A stretch of DNA of 61,292 nt, counting the filler, from Basidioascus undulatus (Eukaryota), in assembly GCA_000826855.1 (NCBI GenBank). It is 9 parts of 9 records of this genome, joined end to end, with 100 filler letters (N's around TTAATTAATTAA, not from the genome) between each part and the next. Parts side by side here need not be neighbours in the genome. Positions count along the whole stretch, not along the records: positions 1 to 4,421 come from JTLS01002157.1; positions 4,522 to 8,937 come from JTLS01002158.1; positions 9,038 to 13,438 come from JTLS01002159.1; 6 more parts are not named here. One strand, written 5' to 3'. Positions within the stretch are counted from its first letter, which is position 1, and each line of letters opens with the position of its first letter. Under the pieces are notes generated by a model. The model did not search any database, was not told where the DNA came from, and worked only from the letters and a program-made list of their open reading frames with translations. This document shows positions 1 to 12,100 of the stretch, piece after piece. The position numbers and the translations under genes are program-made.

Positions 1-973
1 AGCTGATGAGGAGGGAGGGGACGGACAGTAGATCCGCCGGATGGGCCCGGCGCTGATTAGATTCTTGCAGAGCTTGGCGGTGGGGTCGAGCTCGTGCGAG
101 GAGCCTGAGAGGGTTGCGTCAGCGTCGGTGGTGAAAGGCGGTGAAAGTGAAGGTTGGACGAACCGACGATGACTGCGAGGGTTGAAAAATCGTTAGAATA
201 GTCAGTCTCGGAAAGGGCACTGTGAATCGTCAACGTACATGCACCACCGTGACTGGAAGGAGCGCAGATTTAGCTGTGCGGTGGCTCGTTTCGAATGTAG
301 TGACGTACAGATGCAAGATGACACGTTCGCCAGGCTGAAGCGGCGGCATGCCCTCATGGCGATGCTTCTTTCCCGCGTAGAGGAAACACGGGGTTCTCAT
401 CGACTCGACCTGCGCCTCCCCGGTTCAGCCAGCACTCGCAGAGAGAGAGGCATCCAAACTGCACACTCACAGCAAGGACCTTCTTCCCGCCCTTCAGCCA
501 GTCCCACCCGCTCGCGCCCTTATCGCCCTCCGCTTGCCTACATCGCTCCACATCACCCATAACGTTCTTCACCCAGCCGTTCCCGACCCACTCGTCGGAC
601 GCGGGCGCACACCAGATGAAGTGCGTGTGGCCGAGGAGGAACGCGTACGGCGCGTGGCGCGGGTCGCGGCCGATGATGTCGAGCTGGCACGCCGCGACGA
701 CCTTCTGGATGTGCCTGTAGGTCCGCACGGCCAGGCAGCGGAAGAGCGGCCAGGAGGGGCGAGGACGCCGGGAGCGCAGGAGCTCGTGCACCGCCCAGTA
801 CGGCATGAGGAGCCCGATCGTGAGGAAGACATATGTCTGCGGGCGGGGTTCGTTCATTAGTGGGAGATGGACAGTGAGGCTGCGGGTGGACAGACGATGT
901 AGAGCGGTTTGAATGGGTGGTACGCCCATATTCGATCGGTAGGCACTTGATCGAGAATGTTGGCCGAAGGCAT
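1..973 (-). CDS. Alpha/beta hydrolase, HSL/Abhydrolase_3 family esterase (multi-exon, 3' truncated by window start)
   Basis: Spliced reading MPSANILDQVPTDRIWAYHPFKPLYI|TYVFLTIGLLMPYW...RPRPSW...GERVILHL|HGGA; HGG oxyanion motif sits on a 14-nt exon; GT-AG introns. Confidence 0.8.
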
Positions 974-1278
974 CGTGCGAGATGGTCAGAGGGTCCGGGT
1001 CAGATATTGACGAAGAGGGGCAGTGCGCCGATGGGCATCGAGATGATGATGATGGTCAGTCCTCAAGAGAGTGATCAGCAAAACACTGCCCGTCTATGTG
1101 CCTCCGGGCCAGGGGAGGGATGAGGTATGCGAGCAGCGGAAGGGGCAGGTTCTCTATGGGGCCGTGGATCGACGACGGGACTTTTGACGCTCAGGGCGCA
1201 ACCCAGCTGGGGCGCGGGGCGAGGCGCGACTTCCACGCGCTGCCCCCGTTTCTATCTCGCCATCACCCAGCGCGCACA

Positions 1279-2024
1279 ATGTCTAGCGGACTATCCCTCG
1301 TACGCCTTTCTTCCGCATTAAACAACAACACAAACAACAGGCTCACAGCGAACGAGCGTTGGCTTTGTTCCAGCTCGACAAGTCCCAGGAGCAGGCCGCG
1401 GAGGAGGAGGTTACTTGGGGTGCGTGTCGAGGCGTCTTTCTCGCTTCGCTTCGCGGAGGGGTGTGCTGATGAGGGAGAGGGGCGGGCAGAGGATCAGCAG
1501 CGCATCAACTCGTTCTCCAAGTTCAATAAGAGATTGCAGGACTTTGAGGAGGAACTGGCAAAGAAGAAGGTGCGTCATGTACTTCGAACGCTGAGGTCGC
1601 GCGAGCTGACCATGGTGCGGTGCGGCGGACGGACAGCAAGAGAAGGAGTACCTGGATGACCTGAGCATGGAGCTCGAGCTGGCGGACGAGGACGAACAGG
1701 TCCTGTGCGTCCCCCCACCCCCTCGCGCACCGTCTTCCCAGCACCCTCACCCCCTTCCGCAGGTACAAGCTCGGCGAAGCCTTCCTGCACCTCCCGCTCC
1801 ACCGCGTGCAGAAGCTGCTCGAGAACGACGCCGAGGCGCTGGACGAGCAGATCGACACGCTCAAAGCTGCGGTGGACGAGTGCGAGGGCGAGATGAGCAA
1901 GTTGAAGGTGCTGTTGAAGAGCAAGTTCCAGGTGCGTCGGACGGGACAAGGGAAGGGAGAGAGAGGAGGAAGGAGCTCATTCGTGAGGTGCGGGCGGCAG
2001 GACGCGATCAATCTGGAGCCGTGA
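1279..2024 (+). CDS. GIM3: Prefoldin subunit 4
   Basis: Exons give EEVTW|EDQQRINSFSKFN...ELELADEDEQVL|YKLGEAFLHL...EMSKLKVLLKSKF|DAINLEP*, the PFDN4 signature. Confidence 0.93.
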
Positions 2025-2705
2025 TGAGTAAATGAATCATGCATAAGCAACAAACACAGCCGACTGCCAGAGTCGGGCGGCATTGGCCACGGCGATGACA
2101 CTGACTTCGAAGTCGCTTCGGGCGCGTTGCTCACTCGTCGCTTCTCGGTCGCACATGTGCACTCGACCTGGCCGCACTTTTATCGAATCAGACACTAACT
2201 CGATCGCATATGTTCGATGCTGCGCCGTCCTCGCAGTGGGAAGACGTCGCTTCATTCCGATCTCCCATCCCATATTGCTCATGTCTCCCAACTCCAATCC
2301 GAGGCACCATCGTATTTACTTCGATCATCGGCACTCGCTTCTCGCTCAGTTGTCGAAGCGAACCTCCCATTTCCCAGACTTCTCTGTATCTTTCCGGCAC
2401 TTCGGTTCCTAACGGCGCCTTGGTCGCCTAGGTGTCGGCCGATCGGCCGCCACGTACTTCGCTTTCAGTGCCCTGTCATCCACTGGTTCTTTCAGGAAAC
2501 TGGCGATTGCCCACCGTCGTCCATCCTAGGTGGATCAGGCGCGGTTCCTGTCTCGTGCCGGGCTTTGCTGTGACATGCAATCACGCCATGACCGCTTCGC
2601 GTCCTACTTTCAGTCGGAGGGAAGAGGCGGCGCTGCCGCAATCACACAATCTGCTCAAGTGCTTCCCCCCGCACCCTCGCGCATTCAACCCCCCTCCCCC
2701 CAAAC

Positions 2706-4421
2706 TCAAGCGCCCAAAAACCCCCCTTCCAGCAGCTCCCCCAACCCCTCATCCGGCTGTCTCTCCCCCCTCCCAAAGAACCTCCCCACATCCTCAAACA
2801 CCCTTGTGCGCTGCTCCCTCGACGCCGGCTCGTTCGCGCCGTCTTCCACCCCGACGCCGAGGGAGGAAGACCGCGCGAGGTGCGCCATGAGCGCGCGGAA
2901 CGTCTCGGACTGCGCGGGGTCGGCGTGGTCCACTATGGCGGAGAGGTTCGTTTGAAGGTAGAGCAGCGCTTCGGCGGGCGGGGAGGAGCGGCAGAGCTCG
3001 AGGAATCTGGTGCGGGACGCGGGAAGGGGGGGTCAGATGAGGAGGTCTCAGCGAGTTGATTGTTAAGGACACAAAACGCACCGCTGTCGCCGGACCATAA
3101 ACTTCGCGCGGCGGAGTACTTCCTCCGCGGACAAGCTGCTCAGTCCTCACGATCAGCTCGTCCTCCCCCCTGCTCAATCGCGACATCTCACCTCTTCAAC
3201 CCAACCTCCCACAAGTCGTCCAGCCGTACGCTGCCCTCCTCCCCCGGATTGCCCCCAAAGACCCACTCCACCCCCCTCCTCTTATCCCTGACCATCTGGT
3301 GCGCGTACCGCCCCTCCGGCTCCCACTCGCCCGCGACAGGCTCAAGCTCCGTCCACCCCCCGTCCGCTAGGCGCCAGACCCAGAACGACTCGCCCGAGTA
3401 GAGGTGCACTTCGCGGGCGGAGGCGTCGTACGTCGCGCGCTGGGCGAACCCCTCGGGCGAGGGGAACGGGAGGAGCGTTGAGGTGGAGGATGAGAGCGAG
3501 TAGGACCACGTGGAGGTTAGGAGGGCATCGTCGCGCTGCCAGGCGGGAGGGGGACGTTAGAAGAAGAGGGGAGTGGAGGGGAGATGGACAAGACGTCGCA
3601 CTTGTCCGGCGAAGATGAGCAGTTGACGACCGATCGGGTCGTGCAGCATGATGTGTCTATCCAGCTCCAGTTGTCAGCGGAGGACAGAGAATCAGAGAAG
3701 ATTGCTCTTCTTACCCGAACCTCGCAGGCGGTCGCGGTGCGGCTGCAGGAAGCCCTTCGGCGACATCTCCACTGCAGAGCGCCTCCCCGTTAAGCGTCGC
3801 ACCTCGCAACAGCAGATCAGCAACACTCACAAGACCATGATCCAACTTCTCCCGAGAATATCGTACTGCGCCAAAGCAGGAGTGTCAGAATGGGCCGCCG
3901 AGCGAAGCAGCGCCGAGTGGGCGCACCTTGAACATGCCGGACAGGACGAACGACCCGTCGATCTGGAGGCACTTGCCACCGAACAGGTAGAGGACCTTTC
4001 GACGCTCATATATATCAATCCCCGTCGAAAGAACAGGTGAGGTGATAACCCACCTGCTCATCGCTACTCAAAACCATCTGATGATCCCAGATCGTTTTCG
4101 GGCCTCCCTCCGCCTATCCCCTCCCTCGCGCATCAGTCCCCCTCTCCCCTCTCCTCTCCCCTCAACTTCCACTCAAAAGACGAACCGACGTATCAGCCGA
4201 CAGCCGCTCCCACTCGCCCCTCCGCGCGCCGCGCGTCGCATACCTCCAAAAGTCGTTTGAAAGGCTCTCCGACCCGGGCGGGGCGAGCTTCCCCCCTGGC
4301 CCGAGGGCTTGGTAGAACTTGCCGAGGAGGTAGATGTGGCCTGTGCGGTCGTCCTGCCCCGGAGAGGGGGGGTGAGCGGTGCGAGGAAGGTGGGGGGGGG
4401 TAGGGGGGGGGACGGACAAAG
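2706..4421 (-). CDS. Muskelin-like kelch-repeat protein, C-terminal part (5' truncated at contig end)
   Basis: GRYAHQMVRD...WVFGGNPG...RLDDLW kelch blade followed by VDHADPAQSETFRALMAHL and RTRVFE, typical of the muskelin C-terminus. Confidence 0.85.
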
Positions 4422-4521
4422 NNNNNNNNNNNNNNNNNNNNNNNNNNNNNNNNNNNNNNNNNNNNTTAATTAATTAANNNNNNNNNNNNNNNNNNNNNNN
4501 NNNNNNNNNNNNNNNNNNNNN
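4422..4521. other. Artificial contig linker N44-TTAATTAATTAA-N44 (also at 8938-9037, 13439-13538, 38871-38970, 43370-43469, 47859-47958, 52340-52439, 56819-56918)
   Basis: Identical 100-nt spacer with stops in all six frames, eight occurrences; genes are cut at these points. Confidence 0.99.
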
Positions 4522-4590
4522 AGTGGTTAACGCGCTGCCCTGCTAAGGCAGTTCCCTCTGGGAGCGTGTGTTCGAATCACACAGGCGTCG
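4522..4590 (+). tRNA. tRNA-Ser(GCT), 5' end truncated by contig start
   Basis: D-loop AGTGGTTAA, anticodon arm CTGCC-CTGCTAA-GGCAG, long variable arm, T-arm GTGTG-TTCGAAT-CACAC, followed by T7 Pol III terminator at 4591-4597. Confidence 0.93.
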
Positions 4591-5068
4591 TTTTTTTGCT
4601 CCGGAGACCAAGGCCCTGCGATGTATATACTTTTTTTTGAGAATGGGACCGAGGCCCGAGCGAGGCGAAGAGATTTGTGTTAACTTGTGTTAGGCTTAAC
4701 TGCATCTACAAGACGTCGCTACCGTCTCAAGGAGCCTCTCTACCACCGAGCTGTTTCAGTAACTTGTCGGCTGGCCTCCCATGAGCTCGGCGACTTGGAC
4801 TTGCCAGTCCGTTATGGTGTCGCTAGTGAATGTACAATTCATTTTCTCCAAGAAATGTCTCCGTAATGCTCCCCAAGATAGACGACAATTCGTATGGCAG
4901 TCGAGCCCAGTGTGCGTGTCATTCCTCGTTACTCATCCGGTTCCGCACTCGCCTCTTCGCATCGAGTGGCGATCTCCCCTCTTTCACTCTCGCCACCCAC
5001 CTCACCAGCCCCACTTAATCCTTTCTTCCTTTTCGAACGTTCTCTCAAGATCCACGGCTTCAACACGG

Positions 5069-5296
5069 GTGCCTTTGCGCACTACCGCTCAGTCCTTTAC
5101 TTCCGTGCCTCTGGGCAACTTCGTAATGTTTCTTCTACCTGTGCCGCCGCGCACTCTGTTCTCCTTCTTTTGGGTGCCTTTCAGCACTCTGTTTCTTTCT
5201 GTTATTTGTGTGCCTTTGTGCACTTCCATTCGGCTTTCTGCTCGGGTGCCTCCGTGCACTACGTTTTTCTTCTTTCCCCGGGCGCCTCTGCGCACT
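5069..5296. repeat. Array of 7 palindromic GTGC-N6-GCAC motifs at 36(33)-bp period with divergent pyrimidine-rich spacers
   Basis: Motif starts at 5069, 5105, 5141, 5174, 5210, 5246, 5282; isolated copies at 5599 and 5709. Confidence 0.8.
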
Positions 5297-6090
5297 GTTG
5301 ATCATGCCTGTCAGAGCGTTGGAGATACTAACCCTGTGTACTCCATTAGCTTCTATCACACTACCGACGACTATCAATCAGTCACAAGGTGTACTCGTTC
5401 CTCGTTCGCTATGCTTCCGCCCACTACGTTCGTCTTCGTCCCTGGTTCTTCTGCCTTTCTTCGTTCTGGTTGGGACGTCTACTACAGCATGCTTCTGTAA
5501 TGACGTCACCCCACCTTTCGTGTGGTGTCGTTGTACTCCACCCTTCTTCCTTCCTTTCTTCCCTCAGCTTCGCTGCCTCCGGCTCTCAGTTAGCAAGGGT
5601 GCCTCTGGACACAATATCTTGACTTTGACTCCCCTCACACAGATTCTAGCAAGAAAAATTGTCCTTCGATATTCCCCTAATGTTGCTGAGTAAGAATTCT
5701 GCACACCGGTGCCTCGGCGCACATCGTTCTCCTCCAACGGGCCTCTGGCCACTCTGCACTTCGCATGACCCACCCGAACATCTTTTCTTGGTTGTTTAAG
5801 TCTTCAATCCTTGCGGTAATTTTTATTCCTTAAATTCCATTCTTCCTATTTCCTTCTTCTGTCCAGTGCGCCGTGCACTGCGCCGCCGTTGGTTCGCTGT
5901 ATCGGGCGACTCCGGCGCTGACCATCCGCTCATGCACCGCCATATCCGGTGACTCTACCTTCTCGTTCGTTCAATTCCAAAATATTGAGTAAATGAGCCC
6001 AAGTAGTACGAGGTGTTGATGAGCCGGCTGCCTTTTGCTTTCACAGTCCCCGATTGCGTTCCGAGGAACACACAGAACAACATGTTAATC

Positions 6091-6162
6091 TCCTCGTTGG
6101 TGTAGTGGCTAACATCGGGTGTTCTCACCGCCCAGCCCCGGGTTCGATTCCCGGACGAGGAA
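6091..6162 (+). tRNA. tRNA-Glu(CTC), intronless
   Basis: TCCTCGT/ACGAGGA acceptor stem, anticodon arm GGGTG-TTCTCAC-CGCCC, T-arm CCGGG-TTCGATT-CCCGG, short T-run downstream. Confidence 0.96.
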
Positions 6163-7555
6163 TTATCTTTTGCTTCTCTTCCTTCTGCTCATCCCCTCCC
6201 CTGCTCCTTCCGCATCCTCCTCTTTCTCACCCAGCGCAGGCCGGGCTATCCTTTTGACTTCGGCAGGTGGCCGTGTCACATGCATGGTAGTTCCGGCCCG
6301 CTCTGTTCTGTTCACGTTTATGCGGTCCATACGAACGGAACGAAACGAGCGAGCACCGCACCCGAGTGAGGCACGCGAGAGCGCCTGGGCACACGAACAT
6401 GCTGCGAGGAAGATGAGAGGCAGCGTAGGGGCGCAGCACCGTGTCAAGGGATTTGGCACGCCAAGCAGAACACCTCCGCTCGGCCTTCGCAAGTGAGCGA
6501 GCGGGATTTACAAGGTTAGTCCCAAGCATACAGGCTGTCCACCTGCTACGCGCCAAGTGCAGGTCGGCCTTCTCCCACAAGCACCGGCCGACGCCGCCAA
6601 GCCACCGAGCCGTGCGTTTCGGCCACGACGCTGCTGTGCGCAGGGCGCGAGTTCTCAAGTGGGACGGGGAGACAGCAGCCTGGATCACGTCCTGCCGTGT
6701 ACAACGAATCCACGGCTGTGTGGGTATCGGACCGGTGATTTGGACAGCGTGAGGCAATGAGCACGTTGGGATTGCGGAGAGGCTGGCGTGCTCTTGCTTT
6801 GGCGGAAGAGACGGTGGTCCACTGAGCACACGGAGGGAGACGAAAGTTGCAGGAGTGAGGAGAGTCTGGTGTACCTGCGGGTAGGACGCACTTCGATCGA
6901 CGGCATGGAAGAAGACAAGTCAGGATCCGACTGGAGCGGTCGATGGTTCGACGAAGATAAGAAAGGGGCGGTGGCGTCTGCAAGGATGGAGACGTGCAGG
7001 GCGAGCGAGTTCCGTGAGCCGTCCCATCCTCGCTCGGCCGCAGGCAGCGCAGAGCATGGCATTCACCGAACGAGCAAGCGCACGAGGCATTGAGTCGACG
7101 GGCTGGGAGGCAAAGAGGGAAGATCGGGCCATCCTCGAATTTACATACCCGACGGGATGACGGACTGTACGACGGGAACGAGGGAGACCGAGGCGGTTCA
7201 GGTAGTTGCCAGCCAGCCGGGTTGCAGAGGGAAAGGCCGGAAGGCGGTATACGACGGGGGTGCGAAGGAGGCGAGAATGAGGCGGTGGGTCTCGAGCGAA
7301 TCTGTGGGACAGCTCCAGCGTCCTGCCCGGCGCTCCACCGACGCAGGTAGCCGCCCGACGTGCCCGCCCGCAGGTGAGAAGATCCGTTCGCGCCCTCCCA
7401 CTCCGCCCAGCCTGGAACGATGGTACAACGCCCCTTGCTTTGTGCTATGTCAAGGCGTATCTACAGAGGTGCACCCACCGGCGTTCCAGGAATAAAAGTC
7501 CCCTTCCTTCCTACCCCCCTCCATCCTTCCCTTCCCTTCGCGACCGGAAGCCGCC

Positions 7556-8094
7556 TCAGGTCTCCATCGCCTCGCCGTTCCCCTCCGCCTTGGTCTCCGC
7601 GTCGGCGGCGCGGATGAAGAGGACGTTGTTACACCTGGGGGAAAGCAGAGGTCAGCGTACGGGGAAAGGAAGGGAAAAGGGAGAGGGAGTGGGAGTGGGA
7701 GTGGGAGGGTGGTGGTAGGGAATTGGGGGAAGGAGGAAGAACGCACCGAATGAACACCTCCCCCAGCGCGCCGTTCGACTTCCCATCCTGGAACTCTTCC
7801 GTGTTCGCGAGCTGCCAGCCACCCACTCACCTTTCAGCCCAAGGAGAAGGTGGGGAGAGGGGTAGGGAAAAGCACACCTGCAAGTTCATGTACGCGTCCG
7901 TTGACACAAGGTATCCCTTGTACTCGAGCCCCCACTTGAGGCGGATCTGGACGGTCTTGCCCGTCAGGTCGGACAGGAACGGGCGCGGGTTGACTGGCTG
8001 GACCTGCACGTTCCCAACATCCCCCAACCACATCAGCCTCCTGCTCCCCTCCTACTCCTCTCCTTCGGTGTGAGTGTGAGCGACGCACCGACAT
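7556..8094 (-). CDS. SMX3: Small nuclear ribonucleoprotein SmF
   Basis: [73 protein letters not shown]. Confidence 0.96.
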
Positions 8095-8309
8095 AACGAG
8101 CGGAAGGTTGGCGAGAGTGGAAGGGGCGCCGCACCCACTGCTGGAAGGACGCGCTCAATTGCGAAGGTTAGGTTCGCGCACTTGACCGCGGGTTCGCACG
8201 AACGCGCACACATAAAGACGCGTTCTGCCTTGTCCTCACATGGACGCTCAGACACCACGCTCCATTTCCACTTCTACCAACTTGACCAACATCGATACCG
8301 CACACGGAG

Positions 8310-8937
8310 ATGTCGGATAACGAAGGATTCTCTGGAGGTGGCGGAGGGGGGCTGGACGACGATCTCAGCCTGCCGAAGGCGACGGTGGAGAAGCTGATCA
8401 AGGGTGCGTTTCTGTCTCATTGCCCACCTCTGCATTCCTGGGACTGAAGGGCTGAATGGGATGGTGGGTGCGGATCAGAGATGCTCCCCCCCGACGTAGC
8501 CTGCGCGCGCGAGACGCGGGACCTCCTCATCGACTGCTGTGTCGGTGCGTCGCGTCCTTCTCCCCAGCAAGGCGGACGGGCTGAGTTTGTGCGTGTGGTA
8601 TGTATGGGCAGAGTTCATCCACCTTGTCTCGAGCGAGGCGAACGAGGTGTGCGACAAGGACTCGAAGAAGACCATCTCGCCTGAGCACGTCGTGTCGGCG
8701 CTCAAGGTCCGTCGTCTCCTTCCTTCCTCCTCTCTCCGTCAACCCCTTGTGTTTTCTGTACCTACATGGCGGGCCTGATGAATGTGTGGGGGTTGTAAAC
8801 AGACTCTGGGATTCGAATCGTACCTTCCCGAAATGGAAGAGGTCCTGAAGGACCACAAGGCGCAGGCGAAGGTCAAGTCTGCTTGGGTGCGTGGTTGTCT
8901 CCTCTCCCTCTCCTCCCCTCCCTCGCGCTCCCCAAGC
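8310..8937 (+). CDS. NCB2: Negative cofactor 2 beta (Dr1), histone-fold protein; 3' truncated
   Basis: DDDLSLPKATVEKLIK|EMLPPDVACARETRDLLIDCCV|EFIHLVSSEANEVCDKDSKKTISPEHVVSALK|TLGFESY. Confidence 0.96.
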
Positions 8938-10266
8938 NNNNNNNNNNNNNNNNNNNNNNNNNNNNNNNNNNNNNNNNNNNNTTAATTAATTAANNNNNNN
9001 NNNNNNNNNNNNNNNNNNNNNNNNNNNNNNNNNNNNNCTGGGTTGTATGTGGTGGATGCTCATACGAGAAGGGTTTCAGTTTGATTAGATTTGGAGAGGG
9101 ATCTATGAGTACTTCAGATAGTGATGCTGAAGGTGCAGCTGGACGACAGTGCTGTCTACGGCAGCTGCGTGGCGTGTCGCTTTGAGAGCCGGCCTGATGC
9201 TGACCCGCGGGGCTCAGTCGCACTTCCTCTGAAGCTGGGATTTAGTATGTTGTAATATCTACCGCTCAAAATGATAAGTTGTGAGACGGCAATCATCCCA
9301 GTCTTTATCTAGTCTGGCAATGCACTCCTCCATCCTAGCTCTTGTAAGAGACCGCCGTACAGGCCCCATCAGTATTATGGCTGAAACTAGGATGTAATAT
9401 GAGAGCTTCATCCTCAATCAGTGGACGATACCACGATACAACGGCAACTTTGCTAAGCAACACTCTTGCAAGCGTTCCCTTCCGCGCTTGCCAACCGATT
9501 ACCTAGCACCAATTATTATCACCAATCCACATAATCATAATAATGGTAAAAAGTCCCTTTAAGTGAAATATCAGAGGCCCCAGACTTAGGCTTCGATCCT
9601 GACTGCACCACGCTGCCATTGCCACTGGTAACAGGCCCTTGACTTTGAACGACTTGCAGTCGTGTTCTCCTAGCGTCCTTAAGGACAGTGCAGGAGAGTC
9701 TCCTGAGAACTGAAACCTTCTTTTCCCTGAGTATGATGCAAGCTTCGGAAACAAGGAGCAACAAGGGCGAGTCAGTCAAACTGCCCTGCTGCGTCTCGCT
9801 TTCAGGGCTTGCATTGCCCAATCCCCTTTGATGATGCTGCTCAGTAACCAGACCACGTCGGGGTAGTTATACTCAAGCCAATCCCTCAATGCACTCGTAT
9901 CCGAAAAAGTAAGTGTACTTCCTGACAGGATGGCCCAGGCGCGACGAGATCCTGCCACTCAGCCGACCGTCGCTAAGCCTCAACCTCGAAACACTCACGC
10001 CCAAGCACTCCCAAACGTCAGCAAACTACCGTCCATTCTTCAATTCTTAGTCCCCTTCTCGCTAGGAAGAAACGCTGGGGGGGGACGGCACCTGACCGGG
10101 GCAGGTGACCGATAGTCTGCCTCCGGCATTCTCACGCTGTCGCTTCAGGAGCCAACAAGACGCTCGTGTGTCTTTCTACTCTCCTCTCACTCAGCACTCC
10201 CCATAAACCAACGCACAGAGCCAGCCTCACGAACCCATCAAGCACATAAACAAGCAATCACTCAAG

Positions 10267-10625
10267 ATGGACGCCCCCCCCCGCCCGTCCGCGCCGTCGG
10301 CCGACCTCGCCGGCTCGCCGACGAGCATGACCACGACCGACGCGCCGCAGCGCCTCCGCCGCCACTCGAACTACTGGCTCATGGACCTCTTCCACGATTG
10401 GGAGGAGCGCAAGGGCCACAAGGCGCCCACGGGCAAGAAGTTTGTGCGTCCTTCCTTTCTTCCTAGCCGCGAGCGGTGGTGAGACTGGAACGTTGATGGG
10501 ATTGGACGGGGGTGGGATAGGACGTGATCCACGCGTGGGACGTCGCGCATGGGACGGGCAAGACGCTCGAGGAGTTCAGGATGGAGGCGGAGAAGATGCT
10601 GGATGAGTCGGCGGTGGAGGAGTAG
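10267..10625 (+). CDS. Small hypothetical protein (~94 aa, two exons)
   Basis: High-GC3 reading MDAPPRPS...HSNYWLMDLFHDWEERKGHKAPTGKKF|DVIHAWDVAHGTGKTLEEFRMEAEKMLDESAVEE* across a GTGCGT..TAG intron. Confidence 0.7.
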
Positions 10626-12100
10626 ACGGCGAGCGGGGAGGGGTGGGTGGCAGCTCGAGGTGAATCGTACAGTATCGCACGTCGCATTGGAGATGGAAAG
10701 GTCAGATGGAGAGGTTCGAAACTGGGTTACGGGTTCCGATGTTGCAGTTTCTTGAAGACCAAGTGAGATCAAACGTGTGTTGTGGTACAGCTGTGTGTTT
10801 GCTGGGGTCGCCGCTGTGGGAGAGCATATATGGTTGTCGCCTGATGAGTGAGCTTTTAGTTGGCTTCGAATTATTTATGAATGGCCGTACGCCGACCCTA
10901 AAATGTGCTTTCGAATCTTAGGTGCGAAAGAGATGGAGGGGTGTATTCGAGACTCAGAAAGCGAAGTGACGTCCCGAGGACCCAAGCAGTGGTGCGGGTA
11001 ACCAACTTTTTCATTAACCGCTTTTCAAATTACTCGTGAGGTTTTCTGTGCACTGTTATCGAATTACTCTGGAGGGGATGCACAAGAATGAAAATGAAAG
11101 AACGGGGCGCCCCTCTTCGATGGCATGTTGAAAGGCTCGCTGTCCCTGACCTGACGGAGGTGCCTTATCGTCGGGCGGCGTTGACTTTTGCATCTCGATT
11201 TCCCTTCCCGAATTGTGTCTCTACCACATTTATAAACTACACCTTATCCCACCAAGCGACTGCGGCTCACTTGGCAGCGCGGTGCAACACAGCCGGCGGC
11301 GCGTCGGGGCCGGACGTCTCAAACCGCTCTGCTCAGGCGTTTTCCGTAGTCAAAACTGCACAAAATTCCTTGTAAAAATATTACTTTAGATCCGACTATG
11401 TAACTATGTATTCTTCTGTGAGTCCGGGGGTACTCTCGCCGAAAGGTTCGCAAAATACTTCGAAAGCGGGCAGCTGCAGAGTCTTGCGGCGGACGGGCGG
11501 GCGTGTCGAATGTCAAATTGCGCCGATGGCGCCCAGGCTCATTTCGCAGCCGCGCACCCTCCGCCGCGCCCGTGGCCCGTCCGTCTGACCGTTTCCATCG
11601 CCGTTGATCCATTATTGCTCCCCACCACCACACCACTCCTGCCACCTACCCTCACAGCGGCGCCCATACCAAGGCATTTCCCCACCGCTCCCTGCCACAG
11701 AGCCTCAAGGGAATTCGAGGCATAGATCTGCGTCCCGAGGTGAGTATGGCGCAGCTGCGATAGCGGGTCCAGGGCAGCTCGTGCGACTCGTGCGAGCAAG
11801 GCCCGCTGTTGGATGTCCGAGCTGGAACGAGATGGCTGATTTAAGAACCTGGCTGGTCTGAGCAGGTCGCTCGCTCTCTCCTGCGCTAGTTGCCAAGCAC
11901 AGGCTGCGCACACTCCTGGGACGACTCAGACTGCGTAGCCACCGGGGCTCGTTGCTCCTCCAACGTCCACCTGCCACCTCTCGCAGGGCATTGAACCACA
12001 CTCCTTCCAACCTTTCCTCGTTCGTCTTCCTCCCGTCCTCCAACCATCCCCCGCAGCGCTGGTTCGCTGACGATTCCGATCAGACCTTCCACCGCCCAGC

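Noticed and set aside
5069..5296. Bona fide CRISPR array
   Set aside because: Eukaryotic context, no cas genes, repeat only 14 nt and degenerate, spacers short and partly related; kept as an unexplained repeat array.
6200..7500. Protein-coding gene between tRNA-Glu and SmF
   Set aside because: Only short overlapping ORFs with no recognisable motif or consistent splice structure.
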